Assembly: GCA_043822625.1 (NCBI GenBank)
Contig: JBDRBQ010000111.1
Coordinates: 1 to 62,771 of the forward strand
Reading direction: 5' to 3'
Origin: Candidatus Omnitrophota bacterium
Lineage (GTDB): Bacteria; Omnitrophota; Gorgyraeia; DAOVKU01
DNA length: 62,771 bases
Shown: in pieces, positions 8,500 through 18,924 of the stretch
How the letters are laid out: the number at the start of each line of letters is the position of its first letter
Numbering within the stretch: the first letter of the stretch is position 1
Program-made: the position numbers and the translations under genes
The notes under the pieces: model-generated
Seen by the model: only the letters and a program-made list of their open reading frames with translations
What the model was told of the DNA's origin: nothing
Database searches by the model: none

Positions 8500-11400
8500 A
8501 TGAAAAGACCGTATTTTCCTAATTGTGAGGGTTTATATGAACGGCGTTTTGAAAAAGATGCCTGCGGCGTAGGATTTGTGTGTAATATAAAAGGCGTGAA
8601 GACAAATGCTATCGTCTCGGACGGATTGAAAGTTCTTAATCGATTGGCTCACCGCGGGGCTGTAGGTGCCGACCCGAAAACCGGAGACGGGGCGGGTATG
8701 CTTATACAAATACCGCATGAATTTTTCCTGAAAGCCGCTGATAACGCCAAAATAAAACTGCCTGATTTTGGACATTACGGCACAGGGCTGGTATTTTTGC
8801 CGGTTAATAAAAAAGAAAGAGACTTGGTTAAGGAAGTTTTTTCGAAAATAGTCGAAAGAGAAGGGCAAAGTATTTTGGGATGGCGCGAAGTACCGGTCGA
8901 TAATTCTGTTATCGGAGAGACTGCCCAAAATACCCAGCCTATAATCGAGCAGATTGTTATAAAAAGAAATTCCAAAGTAAAAAATTTACCGGACTTCGAG
9001 AGGATTCTTTATCTAATAAGAAAAGGAACGGAAAACGCTGTTCGCGCGTCACAGTTAAAACAAAAATCTTTCTTTTATATTACCAATATATCCTGTAGAA
9101 CTTTTTCTTACAAAGGATTGTTGATGCCTCATCAGGTTGGTAGCTTTTTCGTGGATTTAAAAGATGAGAGCCTAAAAAGCGCTATTTGTCTTGTGCATTC
9201 ACGCTATAGCACTAATACTTTTCCCACATGGGATTTATCACAGCCTTTCAGATTTCTGGCGCATAACGGTGAAATCAATACTTTGCGCGGCAATATAAAC
9301 TGGATGAAAGCCAGAGAAGGTTTATTAAAAAGTTCGTTGTTCGGTAAAAATATCGAAAAGATTAAACCGGTAATTGTTCCCCGCGGAAGCGATTCGGCGG
9401 CTATAGATAATGCTTTCGAAATGTTGGTATTAAGCGGAAGGTCTCTGCCTCACGCCATGATGATGCTTATTCCCGCGGCGTGGGAAAATAATAATTTAAT
9501 TGATAAAAAGCTGAAAAATTTTTATAACTATTACGCCTGTTTTGCCGAACCGTGGGATGGACCCGCAGCCATTGCTTTTACCGACGGAAGCGGTATAGGC
9601 GCAGTGCTGGACAGAAACGGTCTGCGTCCGGCGCGATACCTGATTACCAAAAAGGATTTGGTAGTTATGGCTTCTGAAGTCGGGGTATTGGATATAGCGC
9701 CCGAAGACATTCTTTATTCAGGCCGGCTCGAGCCCGGTAAAATTTTCTTTATAGATACTGAAAAGGGGAAAATTATCGACGACACTGAAATAAAGAAGAC
9801 AGTGTCAAGTTTGCATCCTTATGGAAGTTGGCTTAAAAAAAACATGCTGGAACTTGACAGGCTGCCCGCTGTGAAAAATAAAACGAAAAACAATGAAGAC
9901 ATCTTATCGTCGTTGAAAACTTTCGGTTACACGCGTGAAGATTTGCAATTTATTTTAAAACCTATGGCGGAAAATGGATACGAGCCTACCGGTTCCATGG
10001 GGAACGATACGCCGCACGCGGTTTTATCTAAAAACCCTCAGCCGCTGTATAATTATTTCAAACAGCTTTTCGCGCAGGTAACCAATCCGTCCATTGATCC
10101 TATAAGAGAAGAATTGGTAATGAGTTTGGAGAGTTTTATCGGGCCTGAAAAAAATCTTTTAGACGAAGGGGCTTCGCATTGTCATAAATTGAGGGTTAAA
10201 AGACCGGTTTTGACTAATGAAGAATTAGAAAAAATCCGCCGTATCAACAAAGGCGGTTTTAAAACCAAGACCATATCAGCGGTATTTAATTTTACACAGA
10301 AAAACAGTCTTGTAAAAAGCCTCGACAGGATTTGCCGTGAAGCAGTGTCGGCCATAAAAGAAGGATATACTTTTATTATTTTAAGTGATCGTGAAGCCGG
10401 CAAAAAATACGCGGCGATACCGGCGTTGTTGTTTACGGGCGCTGTACACGAACATTTAGTTTCCAAGTCACTGCGTACGCAGATAAGTATTATAGTAGAA
10501 AGTGCTGAGCCCAGAGAAGTGCATCATTTTGCCTTGCTGTTCGGATACGGCGCGGACTGTGTAAATCCTTATTTAGCTTACGCGGCTATAGAAGATTTAA
10601 TTAAACAAAAACAATTGGATTTGTCTTGTAAAAAAGCCTTGGAAAATTATAGGAAAGCCGTCGAGAAAGGCATACTTAAAATTCTGTCCAAAATGGGAAT
10701 TTCCACTTTACACAGTTACCGCGGCGCGCAGATATTCGAGGCGCTGGGATTGAAACAAGATGTTATCATTAGATGTTTCGCCGGAACAATTTGCCGCATA
10801 GGCGGAGCCGGTTTCGATGTGCTTGAAGAAGAAGTAATGCTGCGTCATAGACAGGCTTATGGTTCAGAGGAACCTATTTTGGCGACGGGCGGAATTTACC
10901 AGTGGAAAAAAGACGGTGAATTTCACCTCTGGAATCCCGACAGCATAGCAGCTTTACAGGACGCGGTAGTAAACGCGGATCATAAAAAATACACGGAATT
11001 TTCGAAACTAATAAATGACCAGTCTTTACATCCCACAACTTTGCGCGGTTTATTTAAATTTAAAAAAGGGGACGGTTCTATTTCTATAGAAGAAGTAGAG
11101 CCTGTAAGTGAAATTATGAAACGTTTTGCCACCGGCGCCATGAGCTTTGGTTCTATCAGCAAAGAAGCGCATGAGACCATAGCCATTGCCATGAACAGGC
11201 TCGGCGGGCGTTCCAATACCGGTGAAGGAGGGGAAGATCCGGCGCGTTTTATTCCCCTGCCTAACGGCGATTCCAAAAGAAGCGCCATAAAACAGGTTGC
11301 TTCAGGGCGTTTCGGCGTAGCGACGAATTATTTAATCAATGCCGATGAATTGCAGATAAAAATCGCGCAGGGAGCAAAACCGGGTGAAGGTGGACAGCTT

Positions 11401-13023
11401 CCGGGACATAAAGTAAGCGCGGTAATAGCCAAGACACGTTATACAACTCCCGGTGTTACTTTGATTTCGCCTCCGCCGCATCACGATATTTATTCGATAG
11501 AGGATTTAGCGCAGTTAATTTTCGATTTAAAAAATGTTAATCCCCGCGCCCGTATAAGTGTAAAATTAGTTTCCGAGCCGGGGGTGGGGACTATTGCCGC
11601 CGGTGTGGCGAAGGGTCATGCCGATATGATTTTGATTTCCGGCGGAGACGGCGGGACAGGGGCCTCTCCAGCCAGTTCGATAAGACATGCGGGGCTTCCG
11701 TGGGAACTGGGTCTTTCCGAGACACATCAGACTTTGGTATTAAATGATTTGCGTTCCCGAGTGCGTCTTCAGACCGATGGGCAAATGAGAACCGGCCGTG
11801 ACGTTGCCATTGCCGCTCTTCTCGGCGCCGAAGAATTTGGTTTTTGCACGGTAATATTGATTGTGCTCGGTTGTGTTATGCTCAGGCATTGTCATTTGAA
11901 TAATTGCGCGCTGGGAGTGGCGACGCAGGATGAAATTTTAAGAAAAAGATTCAGGGGAAAATCGGAATACGTCGAAAATTATTTTCGTTTCGTTTCCGAA
12001 GAATTGCGCTGCATTATGGCGGAATTAGGTTTTCGTAAAATAGATGAAATGATAGGCAGGACAGATTTACTTGAACTTAACAAAGAAATAATTCCATGGA
12101 AAGCCAAAGACATAGATTACGCGCGCGTTTTGTATAAACCTAAGGTGCCCAAAGAGGTGGGCGTTTATTGCACTACCAGACAAAACCATAATATAGACGC
12201 TGTTCTCGACAGAAAACTTATTGAATACGCGAAACCCGCGCTGGATAACGCCGAAGCGGTTTCAAGAGAATTAAAGATTACCAACGAAGACAGAACTACA
12301 GGAGCAATGTTGAGCGGAGAGGTTTGTAAACGTTACGGAGAAAGCGGGCTTGCCGAAGATTGTATTAATTTCAAATTCAAGGGAATAGCCGGCCAGAGTT
12401 TCGGCGCGTGGCTTGCTACGGGTGTAACTTTAGAACTCGAAGGCTTGGCGAACGACTACGTCGGTAAGGGGATTTCCGGCGGGAAAATAATCGTGTATCC
12501 CGATAAAAAAGCCGACTATAAAGCGTGTGATAATATTATCATAGGCAATACCTGTTTTTATGGAGCGATTTTCGGTGAGGCATACATAAGCGGTGCCGCG
12601 GGAGAAAGATTTTGCGTAAGAAATTCAGGGCTTTATGCCGTTGTCGAAGGTGTGGGTGATCACGGCTGTGAATACATGACCGGAGGCAGAGTCGTTATTC
12701 TTGGAAAAACCGGCCGGAATTTCGGCGCCGGTATGTCGGGCGGAATTGCTTATATTTACGACGAAGAAGGCGTTTTTCCTGCTAAATGCAATAAAGAAAT
12801 GGTGGAACTCGAGAAGCTGACTGCCGACGACGAACAGATTATTTATAAACTTGTACACAGTCATTATGTTTACACAAACAGCGCCGCCGCCAAAGAATTG
12901 CTTGATGATTTTAAAAGCAGGTTGCATAAATTCGTAAAGGTGATGCCGTTGGAATATAAAAATATTTTAAAAGCTAAAATGCTTGAAGAGAAACTCGATT
13001 TGACGGAGGAGTCTGATGGGTGA
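8500..13023 (+). CDS. gltB: Glutamate synthase large subunit
   Basis: 1507 aa. N-terminal Ntn amidotransferase Cys (ACGVGFV), an FMN/FeS central domain (GGSNTGEGGE, KIAQGAKPGEGGQLPG) and a C-terminal GXGXG beta-helix domain. Confidence 0.95.
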   Translation: MKRPYFPNCEGLYERRFEKDACGVGFVCNIKGVKTNAIVSDGLKVLNRLAHRGAVGADPKTGDGAGMLIQIPHEFFLKAADNAKIKLPDFGHYGTGLVFLPVNKKERDLVKEVFSKIVEREGQSILGWREVPVDNSVIGETAQNTQPIIEQIVIKRNSKVKNLPDFERILYLIRKGTENAVRASQLKQKSFFYITNISCRTFSYKGLLMPHQVGSFFVDLKDESLKSAICLVHSRYSTNTFPTWDLSQPFRFLAHNGEINTLRGNINWMKAREGLLKSSLFGKNIEKIKPVIVPRGSDSAAIDNAFEMLVLSGRSLPHAMMMLIPAAWENNNLIDKKLKNFYNYYACFAEPWDGPAAIAFTDGSGIGAVLDRNGLRPARYLITKKDLVVMASEVGVLDIAPEDILYSGRLEPGKIFFIDTEKGKIIDDTEIKKTVSSLHPYGSWLKKNMLELDRLPAVKNKTKNNEDILSSLKTFGYTREDLQFILKPMAENGYEPTGSMGNDTPHAVLSKNPQPLYNYFKQLFAQVTNPSIDPIREELVMSLESFIGPEKNLLDEGASHCHKLRVKRPVLTNEELEKIRRINKGGFKTKTISAVFNFTQKNSLVKSLDRICREAVSAIKEGYTFIILSDREAGKKYAAIPALLFTGAVHEHLVSKSLRTQISIIVESAEPREVHHFALLFGYGADCVNPYLAYAAIEDLIKQKQLDLSCKKALENYRKAVEKGILKILSKMGISTLHSYRGAQIFEALGLKQDVIIRCFAGTICRIGGAGFDVLEEEVMLRHRQAYGSEEPILATGGIYQWKKDGEFHLWNPDSIAALQDAVVNADHKKYTEFSKLINDQSLHPTTLRGLFKFKKGDGSISIEEVEPVSEIMKRFATGAMSFGSISKEAHETIAIAMNRLGGRSNTGEGGEDPARFIPLPNGDSKRSAIKQVASGRFGVATNYLINADELQIKIAQGAKPGEGGQLPGHKVSAVIAKTRYTTPGVTLISPPPHHDIYSIEDLAQLIFDLKNVNPRARISVKLVSEPGVGTIAAGVAKGHADMILISGGDGGTGASPASSIRHAGLPWELGLSETHQTLVLNDLRSRVRLQTDGQMRTGRDVAIAALLGAEEFGFCTVILIVLGCVMLRHCHLNNCALGVATQDEILRKRFRGKSEYVENYFRFVSEELRCIMAELGFRKIDEMIGRTDLLELNKEIIPWKAKDIDYARVLYKPKVPKEVGVYCTTRQNHNIDAVLDRKLIEYAKPALDNAEAVSRELKITNEDRTTGAMLSGEVCKRYGESGLAEDCINFKFKGIAGQSFGAWLATGVTLELEGLANDYVGKGISGGKIIVYPDKKADYKACDNIIIGNTCFYGAIFGEAYISGAAGERFCVRNSGLYAVVEGVGDHGCEYMTGGRVVILGKTGRNFGAGMSGGIAYIYDEEGVFPAKCNKEMVELEKLTADDEQIIYKLVHSHYVYTNSAAAKELLDDFKSRLHKFVKVMPLEYKNILKAKMLEEKLDLTEESDG

Positions 13024-14473
13024 TATAAAGGGTTTTTTAAAAGTAAAAAGACAGAATGCCGGATACAGACCGGTTTGTGAGAGAATAAAAGATTTTCAGC
13101 CGGTGACGATTTCGCGTCCTATAGAGCAGTCTAAAGAACAGGCTTCGCGCTGTATGGATTGCGGGACGCCTTTTTGTCACTGGGGATGTCCTATAGGAAA
13201 TTATATACCGGAATGGAACGATTTCCTTTTTCATGGGTTTCATCAAAAAGCGTTCGAACTTTTAGATGCTGTGAATAATCTGCCTGAAATTACCGGAAGA
13301 TTATGCCCGGCTATATGTGAATACGCCTGCGTTTTAGGTATATCGGATGACCCTGTAACAGTGAGAGAAAACGAGCTTGCCATTATCGAGTACGCTTTTA
13401 AGAAAAAAATTATAAAGGCTAATCCTCCAAAGAAAAGAACCGAAAAAAAAATAGCGGTTGTGGGTTCAGGACCGGCGGGATTGAGCTGCGCGGCTCAGCT
13501 TAACCGCAAAGGACATAAGGTGGTAGTTTTCGAAAAAGATGATAAAATAGGGGGCTTACTGCGTTACGGTATACCTGATTTTAAACTCGAGAAAAATATA
13601 ATTGACCGGCGCCTGTCTTTATGGCGGGAAGAAGGCATAGAATTTAAAACCGGTGTTGACGTTGGTGTAGATTACCGGGTTTCCAAATTAAAAAAAGAAT
13701 TTGACGCGGTTTCTCTTGCCTGCGGCAGCCGTGTTTCCAGAGATTTGAAAATAGAAGGACGCGAATTAAAAGGAATTCATTTCGCGCTTGATTATTTAAC
13801 TCAAGCCAATAAAATAGCTGCAGGTGTGAAGATATCCGAAAATAAAAAAATTAATGTGAAGGATGAAAAAGTTCTGGTAATTGGCGGGGGAGATACCGGT
13901 TCGGATTGCATCGGCACTGCCAACCGTCAGGGAGCGAAATGTGTAACCCAGATAGAAATTTTAGAACAGCCTTCTCTTGACAGAACTTCCGAATATCCGT
14001 GGCCTGTATATCCTCTTATCTTAAGAAAATCAAGCAGTCATGAAGAAGGCGCCCAAAGACACTGGTCTGTTCTTACGAAGAAATTTACCGGCGAAAACGG
14101 AAATGTAAAAGGTGTTTTGTGTGCGAGGGTGGAGTATTCCGGAAAAGATTCAAACGGCAGGCCGATAATGAAAGAAATCGCCGGCAGTGAGTTTGTGATA
14201 GAAGCTGATTTAGTTGTTTTAGCGATAGGATTTACGCATCCGGAACATTCTGCACTACTTAAAGATTTAAAACTCGATTTTGATGCCAGAGGCAATGTTA
14301 AGGCAGGAGAAAATTACATGACTTGTGCCAAAGGCGTATTTTCCTGTGGGGATATGCATAGAGGCCAGTCGCTGATAGTATGGGCAATCGCCGAAGGCCG
14401 TGCCGCCGCTGAGAATATAGATAAATATCTTTCTAAAAAATCTAAATCGTGGCGTGCGGGTGATTTGGCTTGA
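13016..14473 (+). CDS. gltD: Glutamate synthase small subunit (NAD(P)H-dependent)
   Basis: 485 aa. Cys clusters CMDCGTPFC and CPAICEYAC, and the dinucleotide folds VVGSGPAGL and VIGGGDTGSDC. Overlaps gltB by 8 nt. Confidence 0.93.
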   Translation: MGDIKGFLKVKRQNAGYRPVCERIKDFQPVTISRPIEQSKEQASRCMDCGTPFCHWGCPIGNYIPEWNDFLFHGFHQKAFELLDAVNNLPEITGRLCPAICEYACVLGISDDPVTVRENELAIIEYAFKKKIIKANPPKKRTEKKIAVVGSGPAGLSCAAQLNRKGHKVVVFEKDDKIGGLLRYGIPDFKLEKNIIDRRLSLWREEGIEFKTGVDVGVDYRVSKLKKEFDAVSLACGSRVSRDLKIEGRELKGIHFALDYLTQANKIAAGVKISENKKINVKDEKVLVIGGGDTGSDCIGTANRQGAKCVTQIEILEQPSLDRTSEYPWPVYPLILRKSSSHEEGAQRHWSVLTKKFTGENGNVKGVLCARVEYSGKDSNGRPIMKEIAGSEFVIEADLVVLAIGFTHPEHSALLKDLKLDFDARGNVKAGENYMTCAKGVFSCGDMHRGQSLIVWAIAEGRAAAENIDKYLSKKSKSWRAGDLA

Positions 14474-14489
14474 TAACTGCAATCCACAC

Positions 14490-14518
14490 TTGACTTTTTT
14501 GACCCAATAGGTTATATT
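14490..14518 (+). promoter_or_regulatory. Candidate sigma-70 promoter (TTGACT-17 nt-TATATT), implying a leaderless ATPase mRNA
   Basis: The hexamers and 17-nt spacer were read directly. The -10 ends 7 nt before ATG 14526, and there is no SD in between. Confidence 0.4.
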
Positions 14519-14525
14519 TGTCAAT

Positions 14526-15716
14526 ATGATGATTAAACGCAATATCTCCAATAAGTTACAACAAGAATTAACCCAACCGGAAATTCTTATTCTTTTGGGG
14601 GCACGCCAAGTTGGCAAGACGACACTTCTTAGAATGTTGGAAAAGTACGCTCGTCAAAAAGGACTAAGGACGACTTTTTTTGATTTAGAACAGCCGCAAG
14701 TATTAGCTGATTTTAACCGGCCGGATAAAGAAATTATGCAAATGTTAAGCGAGTCCGGCGAAGTTGTTTTTATTGACGAGTTCCAGTATGTGCGCAATAT
14801 TTCCAAAATCTTAAAAGCTATCTTTGACTCTAAAAAGAAAATAAAGATTATTTGTTCCGGTTCTTCTTCTTTAGAAATCCACAAGCATTTAAAAGAAAGC
14901 TTGGCAGGCAGAAGATTCTTATACCATATTTATCCTTTAGAATATGCTGAAATCAAAAGTAGCTTTCCCGATTTTAAATTTGAGGATTATCTGCGTTTTG
15001 GCGGTATGCCGGGGTTAACCCACACTGATTTAAAAGAAAGAAAACAACAGATTTTGAATGAGCTTGTGGGAAGTTACATTCTGAAAGACATTAAATCACT
15101 CATTAAAGAAGAAAACATCCGTGCTTTTAATCATCTTCTGTATCTTTTAGCCCAGAATCAAGGTTCAACAATTTCCGTGCATTCACTAAGCGCTGAAGTA
15201 GGCCTAAGTTCCAAAGCTGTAAATCACTATCTTGATATTCTTGAACAGACTTATGTAAATTACCGTATTTACAGCTATTCTAAAAATTTAGGCAACGAAT
15301 TAAAAAAATCATGTAAAACTTATTTATATGATTTGGGTGTAAGAAACATGCTTTTAAAAGACTTTTCCGCTATTAGTTTCCGACCTGATAAAGGAGTTGT
15401 TCTGGAATCGTTTGTTTTATTGAAACTGCAAACCATACTTATGCCTAATATGGAAATTAAATTTTGGAGGACTAAAGACGGCGGGGAAGTTGATTTTATC
15501 CTTCTTAAAGACAGAATCCCTATTCCTATTGAGGTTAAAAGCATGATAAGTTCTACGGATATTCCTTCGGGTCTTAAAAGGTTTCTTAGCCGATATCCGG
15601 CTGTTAAATCAGCGTATGTCATTAATGAGCAAATAGAAAAAGAGGTTGAATATGAGGGCTGTCTAATCCATTTTTTGACCTTCGAGAAATTCTCTAAAAA
15701 TTTTCAGATTGAATAA
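14526..15716 (+). CDS. AAA+ ATPase of the AAA_14/DUF4143 (COG1373) type
   Basis: 396 aa. Walker A GARQVGKTT and Walker B VVFIDEFQ. The C-terminal part has the ...E.DF.. pattern typical of DUF4143 proteins. Confidence 0.75.
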   Translation: MMIKRNISNKLQQELTQPEILILLGARQVGKTTLLRMLEKYARQKGLRTTFFDLEQPQVLADFNRPDKEIMQMLSESGEVVFIDEFQYVRNISKILKAIFDSKKKIKIICSGSSSLEIHKHLKESLAGRRFLYHIYPLEYAEIKSSFPDFKFEDYLRFGGMPGLTHTDLKERKQQILNELVGSYILKDIKSLIKEENIRAFNHLLYLLAQNQGSTISVHSLSAEVGLSSKAVNHYLDILEQTYVNYRIYSYSKNLGNELKKSCKTYLYDLGVRNMLLKDFSAISFRPDKGVVLESFVLLKLQTILMPNMEIKFWRTKDGGEVDFILLKDRIPIPIEVKSMISSTDIPSGLKRFLSRYPAVKSAYVINEQIEKEVEYEGCLIHFLTFEKFSKNFQIE

Positions 15717-15949
15717 AATAGTTTGTAAGATAAATAAAAAAATGTGTCTGCCGCTAATTTTTCAAAAAGTTGACAAGTTGTTATTAAAGAACATCATCAA
15801 GAGAAAATAGCTAAATAGCTAAAGAAAACACTTTAAATGATGATACGATAGCAGTAATATAATAATAGAGGTGAAGGTATAAAATTTATGTAAGTAATAT
15901 GCTAAATTTAGTTTATCTATAGCGATATATGAAAAATAAGAGGTGATAT

Positions 15950-17641
15950 ATGAAAAAAAATCTTTTGGATACAAAAACTGCTTCGTGGAGTGAACTTATT
16001 AAAAATGGCAGAACATTTATTGTTCCAAGATTTCAAAGAGATTATTCGTGGAAAGAAGAACATTGGGACGATTTATGGTATGACATAGAAAATTTAGCTC
16101 AAGAGGACTTTCATTATATGGGATATTTAGTTTTGCAAAATAGCCCAACGAATGAATATACAGTTATTGATGGTCAGCAAAGGTTGACTACGTTAAGTAT
16201 TATTGCATTGGCGGTTATTCAAAATATACAAGAATTGATAGATAGAAAAATTGATTCTGAAAATAATGAGGAACGAAAAAAGCTATTGATGACTTCTTAT
16301 CTCGGGCATAAAGACCCGACCTCGTTAATAGCGAAGAGTAAGTTAACACTTAACAGAAATAATAATGATTTTTATCAGAGTTATGTAATGCGTTTTAGGA
16401 AGCCGACCACCAGAAGCAAGTTAAAACCTTCTGAAAAACTTCTTATTGAAGCGTTTGAGTATTTCTATAAAAAGATAAACATCAAATTTAATGATGATAT
16501 TTCCGGAGAAAAACTGGCTAATTTTCTAGATAAAGAAGTTGCTAATCAATTAGTATTTACGTTTATCACAGTCGATAACGATTTAAACGCTTATAAAGTA
16601 TTTGAAACTCTTAATTCGCGTGGAGTAAGGCTTTCGCCGACAGATTTGCTGAAAAATTATTTATTTATGGTAGCTGTGCAAAACGGCGAAACCGATATTG
16701 ATCAGGCTGAACGACAATGGCAGAATATCAATAATGTTTTAGGTAATATTGAATTTACAACCTATTTAAGGCATTTTTGGAATTCTAAAAATAGTATAGC
16801 CAGAAAACAGAATTTATTTAAAATTGTTAAAAATTCAATTGTTACCGCGGAACAAGCTTTTGAATTGCTTGATGAGTTGGAAAATAACGCACAGCTTTAT
16901 GCCGCATTTTCCCAGCCCGAAGATGATATTTGGAAATCGGCGGAACAACATGAATATATTAGGCAGTTAAAACTGTTCGGCGTAACTCAATGCTACCCGC
17001 TTTTATTGGCAGCTTATAAAAAATTTAATGCAAATGAATATGCGCGTTTACTGCGATGTTGCGCTGTAATTGCTTTTCGTTATAATGTGATTGGCGGTTT
17101 AAATCCAAATAAATTAGAAGATGAATATAATAAAACAGCTAAGGATGTTAACGATGGGAAAATTATAAATGCGCGGGATGTTTTTAGATGTCTAAAATCC
17201 GTTTATGTTTCTGATGAAGAATTTGAGACTGGGTTTGCTTCAAGAAGTATTATCACCAAAGCTAAGGGTACTAAGCTGGTTAGATATATTTTATTTTCGC
17301 TGGAGAATCAGATTAGTAATAAAAAATATGATTTCTTAGATAGTGCGGTGACTATTGAACATATATTGCCAGAAAATCCGTCTCAAGAGTGGGAAACATA
17401 TTTTAATGTTGATGACCAAACACAATATATGTTCCGATTGGGTAATTATACACTTTTGGAGCAGTCAAAGAATAAAGATGGTCATAATTTTCTTTATGCC
17501 CAAAAGAAAGAAATTTATAAAAAGAGTAGTTTTAAAATAACTGCGCAGGACAGTATTTGTGATGAATGGACTCCGGAAAGAGTTATAGAACGACAGAAAA
17601 AATTGGCAAGATATGCCAAAACAGTATGGAAATTTGATTAA
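15950..17641 (+). CDS. DUF262-DUF1524 protein (GmrSD/BrxU/SspE-like nuclease; candidate type IV restriction or defence enzyme)
   Basis: 563 aa. N-terminal DUF262 motifs FQRDYSW (aa 28-34) and DGQQRLTT (aa 74-81). C-terminal DUF1524 His-Me-finger-like IEHILPENP ... GNYTLLEQSKNK. The gene is AT-rich. Confidence 0.8.
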   Translation: MKKNLLDTKTASWSELIKNGRTFIVPRFQRDYSWKEEHWDDLWYDIENLAQEDFHYMGYLVLQNSPTNEYTVIDGQQRLTTLSIIALAVIQNIQELIDRKIDSENNEERKKLLMTSYLGHKDPTSLIAKSKLTLNRNNNDFYQSYVMRFRKPTTRSKLKPSEKLLIEAFEYFYKKINIKFNDDISGEKLANFLDKEVANQLVFTFITVDNDLNAYKVFETLNSRGVRLSPTDLLKNYLFMVAVQNGETDIDQAERQWQNINNVLGNIEFTTYLRHFWNSKNSIARKQNLFKIVKNSIVTAEQAFELLDELENNAQLYAAFSQPEDDIWKSAEQHEYIRQLKLFGVTQCYPLLLAAYKKFNANEYARLLRCCAVIAFRYNVIGGLNPNKLEDEYNKTAKDVNDGKIINARDVFRCLKSVYVSDEEFETGFASRSIITKAKGTKLVRYILFSLENQISNKKYDFLDSAVTIEHILPENPSQEWETYFNVDDQTQYMFRLGNYTLLEQSKNKDGHNFLYAQKKEIYKKSSFKITAQDSICDEWTPERVIERQKKLARYAKTVWKFD

Positions 17642-17666
17642 TTTTTTCCATATCCCCAAAATTTTA

Positions 17667-17699
17667 AAAATCTGTGCACTTCGGAAGTGCACAGATTTT
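17667..17699 (+). terminator. Rho-independent terminator after the DUF262-DUF1524 gene
   Basis: AAAATCTGTGCACT-TCGG-AAGTGCACAGATTTT is a near-perfect long hairpin flanked by T-rich sequence. Confidence 0.7.
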
Positions 17700-17884
17700 A
17701 TTGTTGGTTTCAGTTGAGGTTTCCATACATTCGCGGCCAGAAAACCGCACCCTGAAGGGTGCGGATGAATAATGGCTGCTCAGTATTTCGCTTAAAGAAA
17801 CCTCGGGGTTTAGCCTGAGGAGCTTCATTTTATGCCTATGCGAAATGTTGAGAAATAACAGAGGAATTATTTTGAGGATACGTT

Positions 17885-18592
17885 ATGAATGAAAGATTAA
17901 AAGAAATATTAAAGAAAAACGCGGAGTTTGAAAGAAAAAGCCCTTATAATTTTTGCGACCGTTGGTGTGAGAGATGTGTTTATGAAAAGCAGGTTCGTTG
18001 CAAATTATATCAGGATGAACTTGAGCAAAAAATAACCTGTATCGCTCATGGCAGGGAACCGGATGATCCTGAAATTACGGCAAAGGTTATGGAAAAGCAA
18101 TATGAAGGGATGAAAGATTTCGCGGATAAGTGTGAAGAATTTGAAATTGATTCTGATGAAGACGCTGATGGCTATGAATTTGAAAAGATAAAAGACCATA
18201 TTGAATTAGCGCCGAATAATGCCTTACTAAGGACTACCGAAGAATATCGAAAAAGAGCGGCGCTATTTTTAAAAAATACATTATATAAAGATGCCGTGAA
18301 AAACTCGGAACTTGTTTATGATTTTGAAACAATCGCGTGGTATCATACACTTTTGCCGGTAAAAATACAAAGGGCGTTAAACGGTTTTTACGAACCTGTA
18401 TGTGGAGAAGAAATTTCTCTTCATGACGCGATTGCTCAATTTGAAATTTGCAAAAAAGCCATTGAAGAATCGATAAAAGCTTTGCGGAAAATTAAAGGCT
18501 TTTATCCCTCTGGTCTTCCTCAAGTAACGACGCTTTTGGTTTTATTGGATAATGTTTTTAGCAGGATACGGATAATGGAAGAAAATATTTAA
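17885..18592 (+). CDS. Hypothetical protein with an N-terminal Cys cluster (CDRWCERC...C)
   Basis: 235-aa ORF with a plausible SD (GAGGATACGTTATG). I recognise no family. Acidic middle segment and a helical C-terminal part. Confidence 0.5.
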   Translation: MNERLKEILKKNAEFERKSPYNFCDRWCERCVYEKQVRCKLYQDELEQKITCIAHGREPDDPEITAKVMEKQYEGMKDFADKCEEFEIDSDEDADGYEFEKIKDHIELAPNNALLRTTEEYRKRAALFLKNTLYKDAVKNSELVYDFETIAWYHTLLPVKIQRALNGFYEPVCGEEISLHDAIAQFEICKKAIEESIKALRKIKGFYPSGLPQVTTLLVLLDNVFSRIRIMEENI

Positions 18593-18759
18593 CCTGAAAT
18601 TCGCGTAATGGTGAAAGAGAGAAGGGCGTTTTTTTAAAGCAGATAGAAATTAGGTTCTTTTGCCACAGTAAACAAGAAAAACCGAAAATTTCGGTAATAC
18701 AATAAAATCAAGGGACAAATGGTTCTTATGTTCCCCCGCCCGAATGCTGTGTTTCTGGA

Positions 18760-18777
18760 TTCCCGCCCGCGCGGGAA
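18760..18777. repeat. GC-rich palindrome TTCCCGC-CCGC-GCGGGAA
   Basis: Read directly. It resembles the widespread CATTCCCGCnnnGCGGGAATC-type palindromic repeats. It creates the spurious minus-strand ORF 18726..19034. Confidence 0.5.
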
Positions 18778-18924
18778 CGACGGTGTAGTAGTAAGTTTGG
18801 ACAGCAATTATCAGGTTTGTGACTTAAATTCCGTATTTTTACGTGGTTGAAAAACTTTCTTGCCTTATAAGAAATAATGTATATAATAGGGAGAAGAATA
18901 AAAGCTGGAGATTGGTGTGAATCG

